Shown here in pieces: positions 24,153 through 37,149 of a DNA stretch of 64,000 nt. The translations under genes were made by a program, and so were the position numbers. The stretch is from the NCBI GenBank assembly GCA_030324005.1, contig JARDVH010000167.1, positions 15,100,431 to 15,164,430 of the forward strand. The letters run 5' to 3'. This stretch comes from Negaprion brevirostris. Lineage: Eukaryota. How positions within the stretch are numbered: position 1 is the first letter of the stretch; every line of letters starts with the position of its first letter. The notes beneath the pieces were generated by a model. That model was not told the DNA's origin. It saw only the letters and a list, made by a program, of their open reading frames with translations, and made no database searches.

Positions 24153-27100
24153 CTTTAACGAGGTCCACAAGACCTGATACAAAAAGAACTCCCTGATTGA
24201 GGCAGTTAAGGCTGTCCAATCTGGGAGTCCTGCAGAGATATATATTATGTAGAATGTTGGGCTTACCAGCACTCAGGATGTATACTCTAAACCAAGAAGT
24301 ACCTGTCTGTGTTTTATGATGTATTGTAAATAAATCTGGATTTGGTGAAGGGACGTCGGCCTCGTGGGAGTTATTTCAGTGGCGATGAGGTAAAGCACAA
24401 TTCTGAAGGAACTCTCTCACAACAATTAGCGTAAGTGTGGTAGGCCATTCTTATGTATCATGCCTTTATTTGGGAGAGTACAGTTGGTTGACCCAGATGT
24501 TGAGGACTGGCCCAATATGTGGAACACATGCATTATTTTTTCAGGCAAAAATATAGCAGACGAAAATTCTCCTGACTCCTACTGAGCTTCAGCATTTGCT
24601 GTCATTCAGAGTTTAATTTTCCCTCAGGCACCTGATTCTAAAACCTTTCAAGAATTGATTATTTAGAGAATACTACAATCCCAAGCCTCCTCTGATTCTG
24701 AGCTTTACTCGGCAGCCAGAGAGCCAGGAAAATCAGTTATGAATTTCTTAACTAGGTTAAGACAACTAGCAAAAACATGTGAATTTGATTTAACTCTAAA
24801 TGAGATGCTTAGAGACCATCTGGTATGCAAGATTAATAAACTAACTATTCAAAAATGCCTATCAGCTGAAACTCAACTGGACTTCAAACAGGCATTACAG
24901 CTGGCTTTATCATTGGAATACACTACAAGTGGAGCATATGAATTGCAAGGTATCCCAATGGAAGTGGACAGCCACGCCAGTTCAACTGAGCTTGGAGTCC
25001 ACCACTTGAACTCAGGCAATTACATAACCTCACTCAGGAGACATCCAGATACACGTAATTCTAGGTCTGCTCAACCTCAATGCAAAGCCAAAATGCAACC
25101 AAACAATCACAAGTTCTTCAGAATCCCACCAGGTTGTGCTTTGTAATGGTTGCCAATATGCAGAATCAAAACAGCAAAGGAGCCGTATGAGTCCTAGATT
25201 TAGAAAAACAACATGTAGGCTGGTATCCAGGAGAGTTCACAGCCTGGAAGGTCAACCTACATCTGATTTAGAGTAACTAAATTGGATAGCAAAGTCCGAA
25301 TCAGACTCAATCAAGATACATGTATAGTTAAATGGACATCTGGTATTCATGGAGATCAATACAGGTGCGGCAATATTGGTGGTTGAAGAATCAGTGTTCT
25401 ATAAAATTTGCTCTGGATGCCAACCCTTAATGTTAACCAAGACCTCAGCAAGGCTGACAACCTATACAAGCAACTTTTGCAAATTGTGGGTACAACTGCT
25501 GTCCCTGTCTCCTATGAAAAGCAACTAGTTTGGTTACTAATTATTGTAGTGGAAAACTCAGGCCCAAACCTAATAGTTGTGAAAGATCCATCTGGATTGG
25601 CTCAATATTTTTCAGGTAAAGAATGGCCACCTTTGAGAAGTCCTGCTTAAATACACTGATGTTTTCCAGTAAGGCCTAGCAACGATCGAAGGAGCCAAGA
25701 CAACCTTACATGTTGACCAGAAAGCGATTCTGCGATTTTACGAAGCCCACCCATTATCATTTGCCTTATGGAAAACTGGAATCTGGAAGGGACCACCAAA
25801 GCAGTCCAATTGGATAAATGGGCAGCACTGGTCATACTGGTTTCAGTCCACCTTTCCAGGGATTAACAACAGTAAACCATTTCTCGCAGCTGGGTAAGTA
25901 CCCGATCACTTGGATCAAGGACTTATAATGTGAAGTTGGCAGGAGAATGCTCCTTTTCAAAACTTTATATGAGTCCTGCATTCTTACAATTACAGTTACA
26001 CGAGAACTCCCAAAGATATTCAACCATTCATACTCATAAAGGCATATACCAATACACTAGATTGTCATTTGGAGTATCGTCAGCCTGTGCAATTTTCCAG
26101 TGAACAATGGAGGACATCTTACAAGACCTACCTCAGGTTGCTATTTACCTGGATGATATCCTCATAACAGGAAAAACAAATTTGGAACACCTAGAGAACG
26201 TTGAAGAAATCCTAAGTCGGCTTTCCAAGGCATGCATACGCCTAAGAAAGGAGAAATTGTATCCCGGGTCCCCAAGTGACCTATCTGACAACAGAGTTGA
26301 CAAATCTGGTCTACACGCTTTGGAAGACAAGGTGCAGGCGATCGAAGGCACCCTGGCTCTCACATCCATCCTGGAACTAAAATAATTTCTGGTATTGGTA
26401 ACGTATTATGGGAAATTTATACCCAACCCTGCCTTCATCCTGGCCCCATTACACCAACTTCAGCTATGGGAGTGGGTTTCCAGTCAATCCTTGGCTTTCA
26501 GTGAAGTAAAGCAATAGCTTTCCTTGACAAATGTGGCTCATTACAATCTCAGAAAAGAAGTACAACTGACCTGCGATGCATCCCCGTATGGAATCAGAGT
26601 GGTATTGGCACACAGGTGGCCAAATGGAAATGAACGCCCAATTGCGTATTCTTCTAAGACCTTGGCTATTGTGGAATGAAAAAGGGTTGCCGGTGATATT
26701 AAGAAATTCCACCAGTACCTGAATAGGTGAAAATTCATCAGTATCATGGACTACAAGCCTCGGACTGCGAGAAAAGGACGAGCCAGTGCCACCAGTAGCG
26801 TAGGCAAAAATCACCAGTGGGCTTTATTACCGGCCGCCTACAATTATTAATTGGCCAAGTAGCCAATACAGGTATCTTGAGTTGACTACTGTTAGCACAC
26901 ACCTCAACAGTGGTAACCCCGAACAGACAGCAATGACAATGTTGTGAGCCTTTTCTTTCTCCACCCAGTTTGGGAAGATCCGGCTCAACCTGGTATGGTG
27001 TCATGTGTACATGAGCAATTCTGCTGGGGCTATTCCGGTCGTTGCAATGGGAGTGGTCATCCTGAAATTAAAGAGAAATCTGGACAGTTTGGTGTCCAAG

Positions 27101-27185
27101 GAGGCTGCAGGTTGTTTCTTTAAACTTGCTTTTAATGCTTGGATCGCTCTTTCTGCCAGGCTGTTGTTTGATAGGTGATATTTTG
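24153..27185 (+). mobile_element. Degenerate Ty3/Gypsy element: 5' LTR end, PBS, gag, protease, RT, RNase H and an inverted integrase piece
   Basis: LTR ends ttca at 24378; PBS tggcgatgagg at 24380 (tRNA-Ser type); gag MPLFGRV.. and ORF 24739-25146; MEINTGA; YTRLSFGVSSACAIFQ; YLDDILITG; LTCDASPYGI. Confidence 0.92.
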
Positions 27186-28769
27186 AATTTGAATTTAAGG
27201 GGCAGACTACTTAGGACTCAGATGAGGAGGAATTTCTTCAGTGTGACTTGTCTGCAGTTGGTATATCTTGCTTGAACATGGCCTCGTGTTTGCCAATGCT
27301 CATCAGTAAAAAGCAGAAAAAGCTAACATAATTTATGATTGATAGCCTTCACCAGTAACTCATAGCTACACAACCAAATTAAAAATTACCTATCATTCTA
27401 TTTTTTTATTTACCAGGGCTGTCCCATGAATTAGGACCATTAAGATGACTGCAATCTTCCCTTGTTGATGACATTANNNNNNNNNNNNNNNNNNNNNNNN
27501 NNNNNNNNNNNNNNNNNNNNNNNNNNNNNNNNNNNNNNNNNNNNNNNNNNNNNNNNNNNNNNNNNNNNNNNNNNNNTCCCTTGTTGATTACATTATCAAC
27601 TATTAACTAATTAATTTGTATTGCCCTTCCAAAACACATTTTCCCTGAATTTTTAATATGGTTTCTGAAGAAGGGGATAGTTGGTAAAATGATTTTGCTT
27701 CTGCGCTGGGCTCAATGCTATAATCAGGTAGGAAATTTAACAGAATCTTACACAATTGTACTCCCAAATTGAGAGCCTCATCACTGGAAGTGAATATCTG
27801 AAATTCATGAAATTAATGAACAAATAATAGTGGGAGCATTTGCCCAAGTTACTAAATCACGTCAAGCTCCACATTAGAAGCACGATTTCTTAATATATTT
27901 AGTTTGCATCATTCTGAGATAAATTTTTGGAATTCTCTAAAAATCACTGGGGGTAAATGGTGTGGTATCTAGGTAATCAAAAAAAAAGTTTAAATAGTGG
28001 TCCATTTCCACTTCATTTTCCGAAGGGAACTACAGTTACTGGTTGTCACATTCATACCTTCGCTATGTATGAGTCTTCCTTGTGACATTCTTTTATATGT
28101 TTAAAATGTGTTGGTAGACCAGGTGAAACAATTGTGTCTATTTGTTTATACATCAGATTAAATGAACTTGTGTGTATTATGTTAAATTATCTTTTCATAA
28201 ATTAGATAAATCTAACATAGTTCAGGTAGTGTATTTTGCACCACATATTGAAAACATTTGATGAAGCAAAAGTTTGAATAATATCCAGCTCCAGTGGTCA
28301 TGGTCATGTCATGTCTTTTGCTTCCAGACATTTCTCCAATATTACTACTCATGTCTAGTGGTTCGATGCGTATTGCTCTAAAAGCCATTACACAAGGAAC
28401 TGATTAAATCAATTCACAAAGTCTAAGTGCATTCCAGTGTGAAGAACACAAATCATCTGGTGCACATGTTGAATATAGCTTGCAGGATAATTGATAGGTA
28501 CTTAGAACATTATACAAATCAATGTATGAGTGCAGTGCAAAGATAGACATTTGTTACAGAAGCTGAGAAGTCCTGATTCAAAACAGATCATATCCCATAT
28601 GGTGACACTTGTTAGATAAAACTATCCATTCAAATGCTTGTACCTCTCTCACATTTATATGTTCAAATAGTTGAGTTATTTTAGACATATGGAGGCAAAT
28701 TCGGTCAGGAATTACCTAACACAGTTTTGTCAGATATTTAGGAAACAAAACAACACATTTTAAGGGTTC

Positions 28770-29120
28770 TGTAGAACCCATTTAATGTTGACAGTGCAGA
28801 AGGGGCCATTTGGTCCATCGAGTCTGCACCGACTTTCTGTCAGAGTAGCTTATCCAGGCCCTCTTTCCCAACCTACTCTTGTAACTCTGCACATTTCCCA
28901 TGGCTAATCCATCTAACCTATATATCTTTGGACACTACAGGGCAATTTGTCATGGCCAATCCAACTAACCCGCACATCTTTCGACAGTAGGAGGAAACCG
29001 AACACCCATAGGAAACATATGTAGACAAAGGGAAAACATGCAAACTCTACACAATCAGCAAAGGCCATGTCTCTGGTGCTTTCGTGTAGCAGTGCTAACC
29101 ACTGTGCCACCGTGCCATCC
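28770..29120 (-). mobile_element. HE1-type V-SINE with CR1-like tail
   Basis: Reverse of ggcacggtggcacagtggttagcactgct head, V-domain and CR1-type tail. Confidence 0.9.
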
Positions 29121-29384
29121 TGGCACTGCTGCCAGCAGGTTGCCCTAATGGCTTTGAGGATAAATGTACTAGTCAAGTGTACAAAACAACGAGATTCAAA
29201 GTTTACTCTGTGGCTTATGATAAGGTAGGCTAAATGACCATGGTTCAGAAAAGTGGTAGAAAATGTGACAGAGTTGCACTTCTGATCATTATATAGTGAT
29301 CTGTATTGGGTAAAAATGGGATGAGCCTCAACCTCATTTACAAATATTGTGGCAATAGTTGCTACTTAAACCTGCAGCCTGACT

Positions 29385-29720
29385 GTATGAATAGCTTTAA
29401 AATGTAGGTTTGGAGGAGAATGCAAAGGATCTGCTGAACAGTAAAAGTAACAAATGATGAGGAGAGTGAACAAAGACATTTGTTGAACATAATTCAGAAA
29501 AAGCAGAGAGACTGGATAGGGCACAACATAAGAGGAAACAGGCAGATAGAAAAGGTTTTGAAGAGAAGATTTCTCGAAGCAGAAGAAGAAGAAAAAGATG
29601 GCTTGAAATCTGAAGGAATTTTTTGGCATATGAATGGAATAGAAAGATATGGAAAGCCTCCCTTGAGTCAAGGATCTGCCTTTCAGAAGAAAACACATGA
29701 CGATGATGATAAATGAATAA
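29385..29720 (+). mobile_element. RTE-clade LINE 3' remnant
   Basis: AFKM.VWRRMQRI..KVTN and LLNIIQKKQRDWIGHNIR; (gat)n tail near 29698-29710. Confidence 0.7.
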
Positions 29721-30084
29721 AGCCTATAACCACAACCCAGAATAAGGCATCTCTGTCAGGGTTCTGGGAGGTGGGAGTGATGGAAAACTTTCAGCACAAT
29801 TGGAGAATCAAAATCTAAATCTTGCACTCCCAAATAGTTGTCTTATGTGATAGTCCGTAGTAACAGTTTAATCAGTATCTAATATTGTTCAAGTTCATTC
29901 ATGAATCCTTTATTCTCCTGTGCACAGGGAACTTCAGATTTGAACAATTAATTTTTACTAGAGAAATTCATGTACAAGTCGTGTGTCAAAATAGGCACCA
30001 TGGAATACGTGTATTCAATGTAACATCACTCTAAATATTGAACTCACGGGGCAGCTGGTATCAATGGGAGTATATTCATCACTA

Positions 30085-30610
30085 TCTTTTTGGGTTGTAG
30101 GAAGGGAAACCCCAACATCCTAAAACTCCAGGCCATAAAGTATATATTAAAAAGTGGGTTGGCTGGGGTAGTTTAAATGGGGACCAGTGGAAAGGTTGAG
30201 GGTGATAGAGAGAGAATTTCACAAAGTGTGTAGAATGTCTGTGAATAAGTTGCAGAGTGGTGATATTGAGAGGAGCAGAAAATGCCAGTATTGGAGGGAA
30301 AGGGTGAATGGCAATTATAGGGGTGAGAGGTGAGGCCATGTAGGCAAGTAAATATAAGGATGTAAATTTTATTCACTGGGCGATCCAGAAGCCAGTATAT
30401 GTCACCAAGGACAGGAGCACTGGGCAACTGAGATCTGATGTGAGGCCTTTACAGAATTGTGTATGGGTAGCAGAGTTCGAAATCAAACAAGTTTATAGAG
30501 GATGGTGAATGACAGACCAGGCAGAAGAGTATTCCAGTCATCAAGGTTGAAAGTGACAAATGCAAAAATTATGATTTCAGGATTAAAGGGACAGAGTTAG
30601 GGATAGAGGT
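30085..30610 (-). mobile_element. Old L2 LINE 3' remnant
   Basis: IIFAFVTFNLD..N, PVLGDIYWL and KIYILIF correspond to the L2 motifs AFVTSRLDY and PVL..LHWLP..FKI. Confidence 0.7.
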
Positions 30611-30669
30611 GAGCAATGTATTTTTTTCTTTCATGGGATGTGGGCGTCACTGGTTAGGCCAGCATTTGA

Positions 30670-31659
30670 TGTATAGGTGTGATGCTGGTGTACCTTTAAG
30701 AAATTTTTTTAAAATCATCTTCTCTGCAATTTGTAAGCAGTTTTTTTATATTGTTGCTGAGTTGTCTGCTAGAAGTGCTTTTTATTGTTGCTTCAATGGT
30801 TTAAATAGGTTTTATTTGTTTTTAATCTGGGTCTCATGCACTGACTTGGGAATTTGTGACTGGGGTGGCAGACCATGTGTTCTTTACAGTTTTTTTTTCA
30901 CCATGAATTCAAGGTTTCATTTTCAGTTTAGCTNNNNNNNNNNNNNNNNNNNNNNNNNNNNNNNNNNNNNNNNNNNNNNNNNNNNNNNNNNNNNNNNNNN
31001 NNNNNNNNNNNNNNNNNNNNNNNNNNNNNNNNNGTTTCATTTTCAGTTTAGCTGCTGACTGCTGCTTAGTTAGAGGTTTGGATATCAGGCCATAAAGCAG
31101 AGCTTCTCTCTCCACGGGATTGTAAATTCTGCTTGCTACCTGGAAGCGGGTCACCTGGCCTTTCTGGAGTGAAAATTCTGTTGTTGGTGGTTTGCTAACT
31201 CATAACTAGAGTCTCTCCCACTCTCTCTCTCTCTCTCTGCCTGGTTTTGTGAAGCTGTTCTGACTTCAAGTTTGTCTGTGTATCAAGAGAACTGCAGTAT
31301 CCAACCAAGGGACTAAGTTCCAGCATTATGTGAGCATTCACATTTTCTGTGCTAAACCTGTGGTAGGAGTTTTGTTTATGGGATTTGTTTGGTTGGAACA
31401 GTACATAGCTGTTAAGGTTCACACAACATCTTGGTTGTTTTTTACTTGTTTGTAATTGGTAAAAGTTATTGCTAATTCTCTTTCTATACATGTTAACTGT
31501 ATTCTTTAATAAACTTTTGACAAAAGCTCCTTAGTGGGTCATTTGAATCATTCCGAAGTGAAACATCTCATGCTTCCCCCAGCCAAATTCAAATTGCAAA
31601 ACTTACGATCCAGGAAGACTTCATAAACCACTTTGGAGTTTTTGACCTGAATTATAATA
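30670..31659 (+). mobile_element. Probable solo LTR (about 1 kb, includes an N gap) inserted in a LINE/SINE tail
   Basis: Interrupts gccagcattt/..catccctaatt; tgtata..tataata ends; ttga/ttgg near-TSD; aataaa near 31508. Confidence 0.6.
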
Positions 31660-32369
31660 TTGGCCATTCATCCCTAATTTAGCTGGGAAAGTGGTGATGA
31701 ACCACCTTTTTAAACAGCTGTAGTCCATGTGGTCAAAGTTATTAGAATCAGAAAGTAACAAATGGAAACGATTGCACAGATGGACACATGTGCTGTATAA
31801 ACTACTAACCAATAATAAAGTGGTATTTTATGAAGCAAATCTTACTGTATTTTATTTGGTGATCTTGGCTCACAAAATTGGTTACTATTTCATTGAAAAA
31901 TGCAAATTTAACTGGGCAAAGATAAAATTAGGTGGATAACCACTGGTAGGAAGGGTGTGGGATCCTTGGTGAAGGAAAGTAGACCCTATGGCTAACTTAA
32001 CAATTGTACACAGGAGAACTTTCTTTTGGAAAATGTTACAGGTGATTGAACTTGTTCTTTTTAGCATTTTCACATGTTATAAATGATATTGAGAAATTTC
32101 AGATAATGGGGTAATTTAGTAGTTTTGACTTTTGAAAATCCTGAAATCCAATTCGTTTTAAGGAGAAATACAAGGTAATACAAGGTAAGATTGTCATAGA
32201 CATCTCTACAAATAGTTCACTCACAGTTAATTGGCATGTTTTAATTGGAAATGGAAGACTATTTTGATATATTTGAGCAAATATAAAGAGAAAAAAATTG
32301 TTGAGTGAAAACTTCATGGAGGTTTTCATAGAAAATGGCATTCTCAACCTGCAAACCATCTCCTACATA

Positions 32370-32795
32370 TAGAACAAATAGGAACATACGCCAAGGAGGA
32401 GGCCATTCACTCCCTTGAGCCAGTTCCACCATTCTGTTGAAGCATGGCTGATTTGGATTTTAACACCATCTATCTGCATTGCTTCCATAATACTTGCCCA
32501 ACAAAAATACTGCTTATTAGGAGAGAAAGCTCAGATTTCCACAATCCTGTGTGTGGAAGAAGTGCTTTCTAACATCACCATTGAACTCCCTACTTCTAAT
32601 TTTAAGGTTATGTGCCATTGTTAGCACTCTCCCTAAAGAGACTATCTTATCAAATCCTTTGATCATCTTCAACACCTCTATCAGATTATCCTTATAATCT
32701 ATACTCGAGGGAACACTAACCTATTCTGTATAACCTGTCAACTCCAGTGTCATTCTGGTACATCTGTGCTGCAGCCCTTCCTAGGCCAATATTAA
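32370..32795 (-). mobile_element. Old CR1 LINE 3' fragment
   Basis: CR1 tail (atagaac..ggaggccattc) and a decayed DLIEV.KMIKG on the minus strand. Confidence 0.75.
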
Positions 32796-33109
32796 GTCAA
32801 TTAAAGAGTAAACATTGACAATGTGTTCAATACTGTCTTAAAGTCCCCAGTAACGCTGAAGACAATGAAGTTCTGATGTTAGTTGACTAATGATAAAGGC
32901 AAAAAATTAAATATTATACAATTTAATTACAAAAGTTACTTTTGTTTGATATGCTGCAATAACTTTCGTTTTGCTAATGTTTTGTATTTTGAGGACAATC
33001 TTTCCATTATTCAACAAGGCCTACTATTAATTAACAGGTTACCTTTATTATTACAACTCATGGCAACTTGCCGAATAACTCCTGATTCCTGTCTCTTCAC
33101 AGTATTGTA

Positions 33110-34175
33110 TTTTTATTCATTCTTTCAAAGTGAGCATCGCTGGCAAGGCCAGCATTTATTGCCCATCCCTAATTATCCTTGATAAAAAAGTGGTGGTGAA
33201 CCATCTTGAATTGCTGCAGTGTATGTGATGTAGATACACCAGAGTGCTGTATCCAAGGAATAATTGTGAACACAGTGATCTGTCATAACTTTATTTATAA
33301 TACAAGTAAATGTGAAAGCTAATAAGTTGAGATAGAAGGACTGTGCAATTGTTATTTTCATTGAAAATCAGTAGTTCTTTTTCAATCTTTCAGGAATGTG
33401 GGCATTGCTAGCTCGGCTAGAATTTATTACTCTTCTGGAATTTCCCTTGAGAAGGAGCAGGTGAGTCAGTCCATGTGGTTTAGGAATACCTAGAGTATTG
33501 TTAGAAAGGCAGTTACAAGATTTTGACCCAGTGACAGTGAAGGAACAGCAACACGGATATAAGCCAAGATTGTGTATGGCTTGCAGTGGAAATTGCAGGT
33601 GATGGTCTTCCCATGCATTTGCTGCTTTTTCCTTCAAAGTGGTTGAGGTTGCAGTTTTGGAAGGCTATCCACGGAGCCTTGGTGAGTTGCTGCAGTGCAT
33701 CTTGTATATGGTACACACTGCTGCCACTGTGAGCCAGTGGCGGAGGAACTGAATGTTTGTGGAAGGGCTGCCAATCAAGCAGGCTATCTTGTCCTGGGTA
33801 GTATTGGACTTCTTGAGTGTTGGAGCTATATTCATCAAAGCAACTTGCCACAGAGTTTCCAGCCTCTGACTTGCTCTTGTAGCCACAGTATTTGTATAGC
33901 TGGTCTGGTTCAATTTCTTGATAATGGTCCCAAAATGTTGAAAGCAGGGGATTCAGGAAAAGTAATACTTTGAATGTCATGGGGAGATAGTTGGATTCTG
34001 TTGTTGGAGATGGTCATTGCCTGACACTTGTGAGGCATGAATTTTTACTTGCCACTTATCAGCCCAAACCTGAATGTCGTCCACCTCTCAACTTCTTTTC
34101 GGCACCGGCCGCTTCAGTATCTGAGGAGTTACGAGTGGTGCTGAACATTGTGCAATTTTCAGTGAACAATCATCA
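33110..34175 (-). mobile_element. CR1/L2-group LINE 3' part (33380-34175) plus a separate tail copy (33110-33290)
   Basis: TSYTNTVATRASQRL..QDKIACLIG..VAAVCTIYKMHCSNSPRL; tail shared with the SINE at 4620. Confidence 0.85.
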
Positions 34176-34984
34176 GCTTTGTTCAAATAAAGCCTTCTTA
34201 ATGCATAACCCTCAACAGATATAGTGGGTAACTTCAATGTGGGTCCACATGTTTCTTATAATCAAGTTATCATTTTAGAACTGCAGATGATGAAACTATT
34301 TCAGTCTGCAAGCTCTTCAGCAGAAAGGAATCTATGGCAATTGCTTGAAAATACAGGGCAGAATCTGAACAGAAAATGATTAAAAATAATTTTATTTTTG
34401 AAACATACAGGGGTATTTGATGCAGAAAAATGTTGTCTTTTGTAGAATAAAATAATGATATATAACTAAAAATTAAACCAGGTTCAAACATATTAGTGCA
34501 TTGATCCTTTGCCTTTTTTTTTGAATTCATAAAAAGGGCTGAACCTTACGGGTTATCCCTGTTTTTCACTTTGTTAAATTATTTTCATTTTCCCTGTGAC
34601 AACCGAACACAGTTGGGAAGTATGTTACAATATTTAAGCCTCGTTCGAAATTATGATTTAATCAACTGTATTTTAAATTAGAGACACAAAGTGAACTTCC
34701 ACTGTGTACATTTTAGCGCAATTGAAAGAGTTTTTTTAGAAACTTATCTCTCACCTCAGACTTAATGGAAAAGAATAACATGACTCGATTATTCATTGAC
34801 AAGCAACAAAAGAACACCTGTTGAAATAGGATACCGGAGGCTCTATCTGACAAATATTTCTTTTTAAAAAATGGAATTCAAATGGAAGTTTCCAGCTGCA
34901 AAATGAAGGTGCTTCTCTTTTCGAGAAAAATCCACTCTCAGAGTAGTATGATTTTTTTTCTCATTTGATCAAAATAAACTATCT

Positions 34985-35200
34985 ATTATTAGCGCGCCTC
35001 CTGTACGGTCCTTGAGCTACATTCCCTGATATGATGACTCACGGATGACGTGTGCAGAAATACTGTTTGTAAACCTCAAACCCATGTGCGTGCAACCAGC
35101 ATGACTTGCCAAGACTGCCTGCCAAACAGCAAGCATGCCATCTCTCTAACCTTTCCACAGGGCCTCTTAACCACGTGAGTGTCAGAGCTAAACAGAATTT
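34985..35200. promoter_or_regulatory. Candidate enhancer (transcription-factor motif cluster)
   Basis: TGACTCA 35035, ATGACGTG 35045, TGTTTGTAAAC 35064, two TGCCAA at 35107 and 35120, CACGTG 35172; CpGs retained in a CpG-poor background. Confidence 0.4.
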
Positions 35201-36810
35201 CAGTACCAGCAGTAAAAGCCAGGAATTATTTGTGTGGAGCTACCACTTGCTTCTCCAATTTAATCTCATTCGTAAGTTGTTCTTCGACTTCAAAGTTTTG
35301 CAAAATTCAAATATTCATATCTAATTTGTAAGTAGAAACTTAAGTTTGTTTTAGTGTATGATGCAATTGCCATCAATATTGTTCGTACACCTCTACAGTG
35401 AGATCCAAGTTGCCTGCCAGCCTAAGGCTTCAGCATTTCACAAATATTTATTGATTTCAGACAACTAAATAGAAAATACAGCACTTTATCATCAAAGAAA
35501 GATAACCAAATAAAGACAATTGCTGGCAGATTATTGAGTAACGTTTACATGCAAATCTCAAAATATATTAATGATTGATTCATTAACTTTGTCTGTCAGT
35601 TACTTCCTTTAAAATAATAGACCAAGACAAACACGACCCTTGAAAATTATAGCGAGATTATTTTTGGGACAACCAACCTTTGAGCAAATGTATCATATAA
35701 TACACAACTAACGACTGACTCATGAACAAATTAAGTGCCTTGTTAATTTAAGTATTAAAGAATGTATGATGTACATTATAAAACACTCCAGCTATAAATC
35801 AAAAGGTTTAAAAACAGACTTTTTCTGTTATTTGTATAAATTTGAAATTCTTATTTAAAAAGAGTAGGGTTAACAATAGAACAGTACTTCATAGGGGAAT
35901 TGCTTAAGAAATCAAGCAACTGCAACAGAGTGCCCCTCCAGACAGCCCCTTTCTATAATTACATTACCTAAAAAAATGCATCTGTTAACTCTTTAAGTAC
36001 AGGTGGAATTTTCAGTTCCATCAAACAGTAAAACAAAATCCCAGCGGATGACATTTCAGCTCAGAACACAATTCTATGCGTTTTTTATTTGTTAAATTTT
36101 GAAAACATTGAAAGCTTTGTCGTGTTCTCATTTAAGAGGAACATCAACCTATGGCTGCAAGGTGCAAAGTAAGTTCAGCATTTATAAGGTTAACAGCCTG
36201 TTAAAGCATAACCTTGGCACATCTCCCCATGCTGAACAAAAACATCTACTAGATCTTAAACGAACAAAAAAAGCACCATGGCATATTTGAAAAAGTAACT
36301 GAGATGCATTATAACACTAACTTTGTACAGAGGTTGTTAATTAGCAAATCTAAATTCTGTCTGGTACATAGATTTGAAACTTTGCCGCGTAAACCATGTC
36401 TCTTTTTTTTAAACAGAATCTTCACCAGTGTTTTCATGGAGACTTATGTATGTTTTGATATTTTATAGCATATATGGCTCAGTGCTTCCTTTGTTTATGC
36501 ACCATTAGCTTTGGCTACATATGCTGTCGGACAAGATTATTGTCTTCCAGTACATAATCTACATTTTCTTGCTGCCTAATAATGAAGGTTTTTTTTGTTG
36601 GCCACACTATGGAATGCACTTCAGCTCCTTCACATTAAAAAAATAAAATGCAATTTGATTCTAAACACAACAAATATTTATTTAAAGCTGTATGAAGAAT
36701 ATGTTTCCCTGTTGGTTTTCACACTTGCTATTAGAATCAGAGCTCTAATCTTTCTCAAATAAACAAATTGTCCATGTGAAAGTAAGGCTTTCATAATGCC
36801 ATGTATTTAC

Positions 36811-36867
36811 CTTTTCAGCCAGTGTTTGCTTCTTTCTCTGAGCTTTTGTATTGTCCTTGTTCCCCAC
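36811..36867 (-). other. Candidate 57-nt exon of an unidentified host gene
   Basis: Minus strand: branch-like cttaat, polypyrimidine tract ttttttgtgtttgattctttttccctgcag, exon GTGGGG...GAAAAG, donor gtaaat; open in two phases (VGNKDNTKAQRKKQTLAEK or WGTRTIQKLRERSKHWLK). Confidence 0.65.
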
Positions 36868-37149
36868 CTGCAGGGAAAAAGAATCAAACACAAAAAAATC
36901 AATTAAGGAATGAGACAGAGAAATCTAACCCAAACGAGAAATTACACCAAAAATGCCAATAAAATTGAGATTGACTAATGGTTACTGAGCTAAGAGATAC
37001 ATTTTGCATGAAAGGGCAACAAATACCTATTTATAAAATTTGTATATAGTGAATAATTTGCAGTTCATTAATAATACAATAAAACATAACCTATCAGACA
37101 AATCTAGCAGAACCTTCTTTTTAAAATAGCTTTCAAAAGCTTCTTTAGA

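Noticed and set aside
27457-27596. Direct repeats flanking N gaps (also 30914-31053 and 62853-62996)
   Set aside because: Near-identical sequence on both sides of roughly 100-N gaps indicates unmerged contig overlaps, not biology
27200-28760. AT-rich unique block as coding fossil or exon
   Set aside because: Frequent stops in the frames I read and no convincing splice-site pair
36811-36867. Assigning a gene name to the 57-nt exon
   Set aside because: The peptides are too short and I recognise no match, so the symbol is left blank
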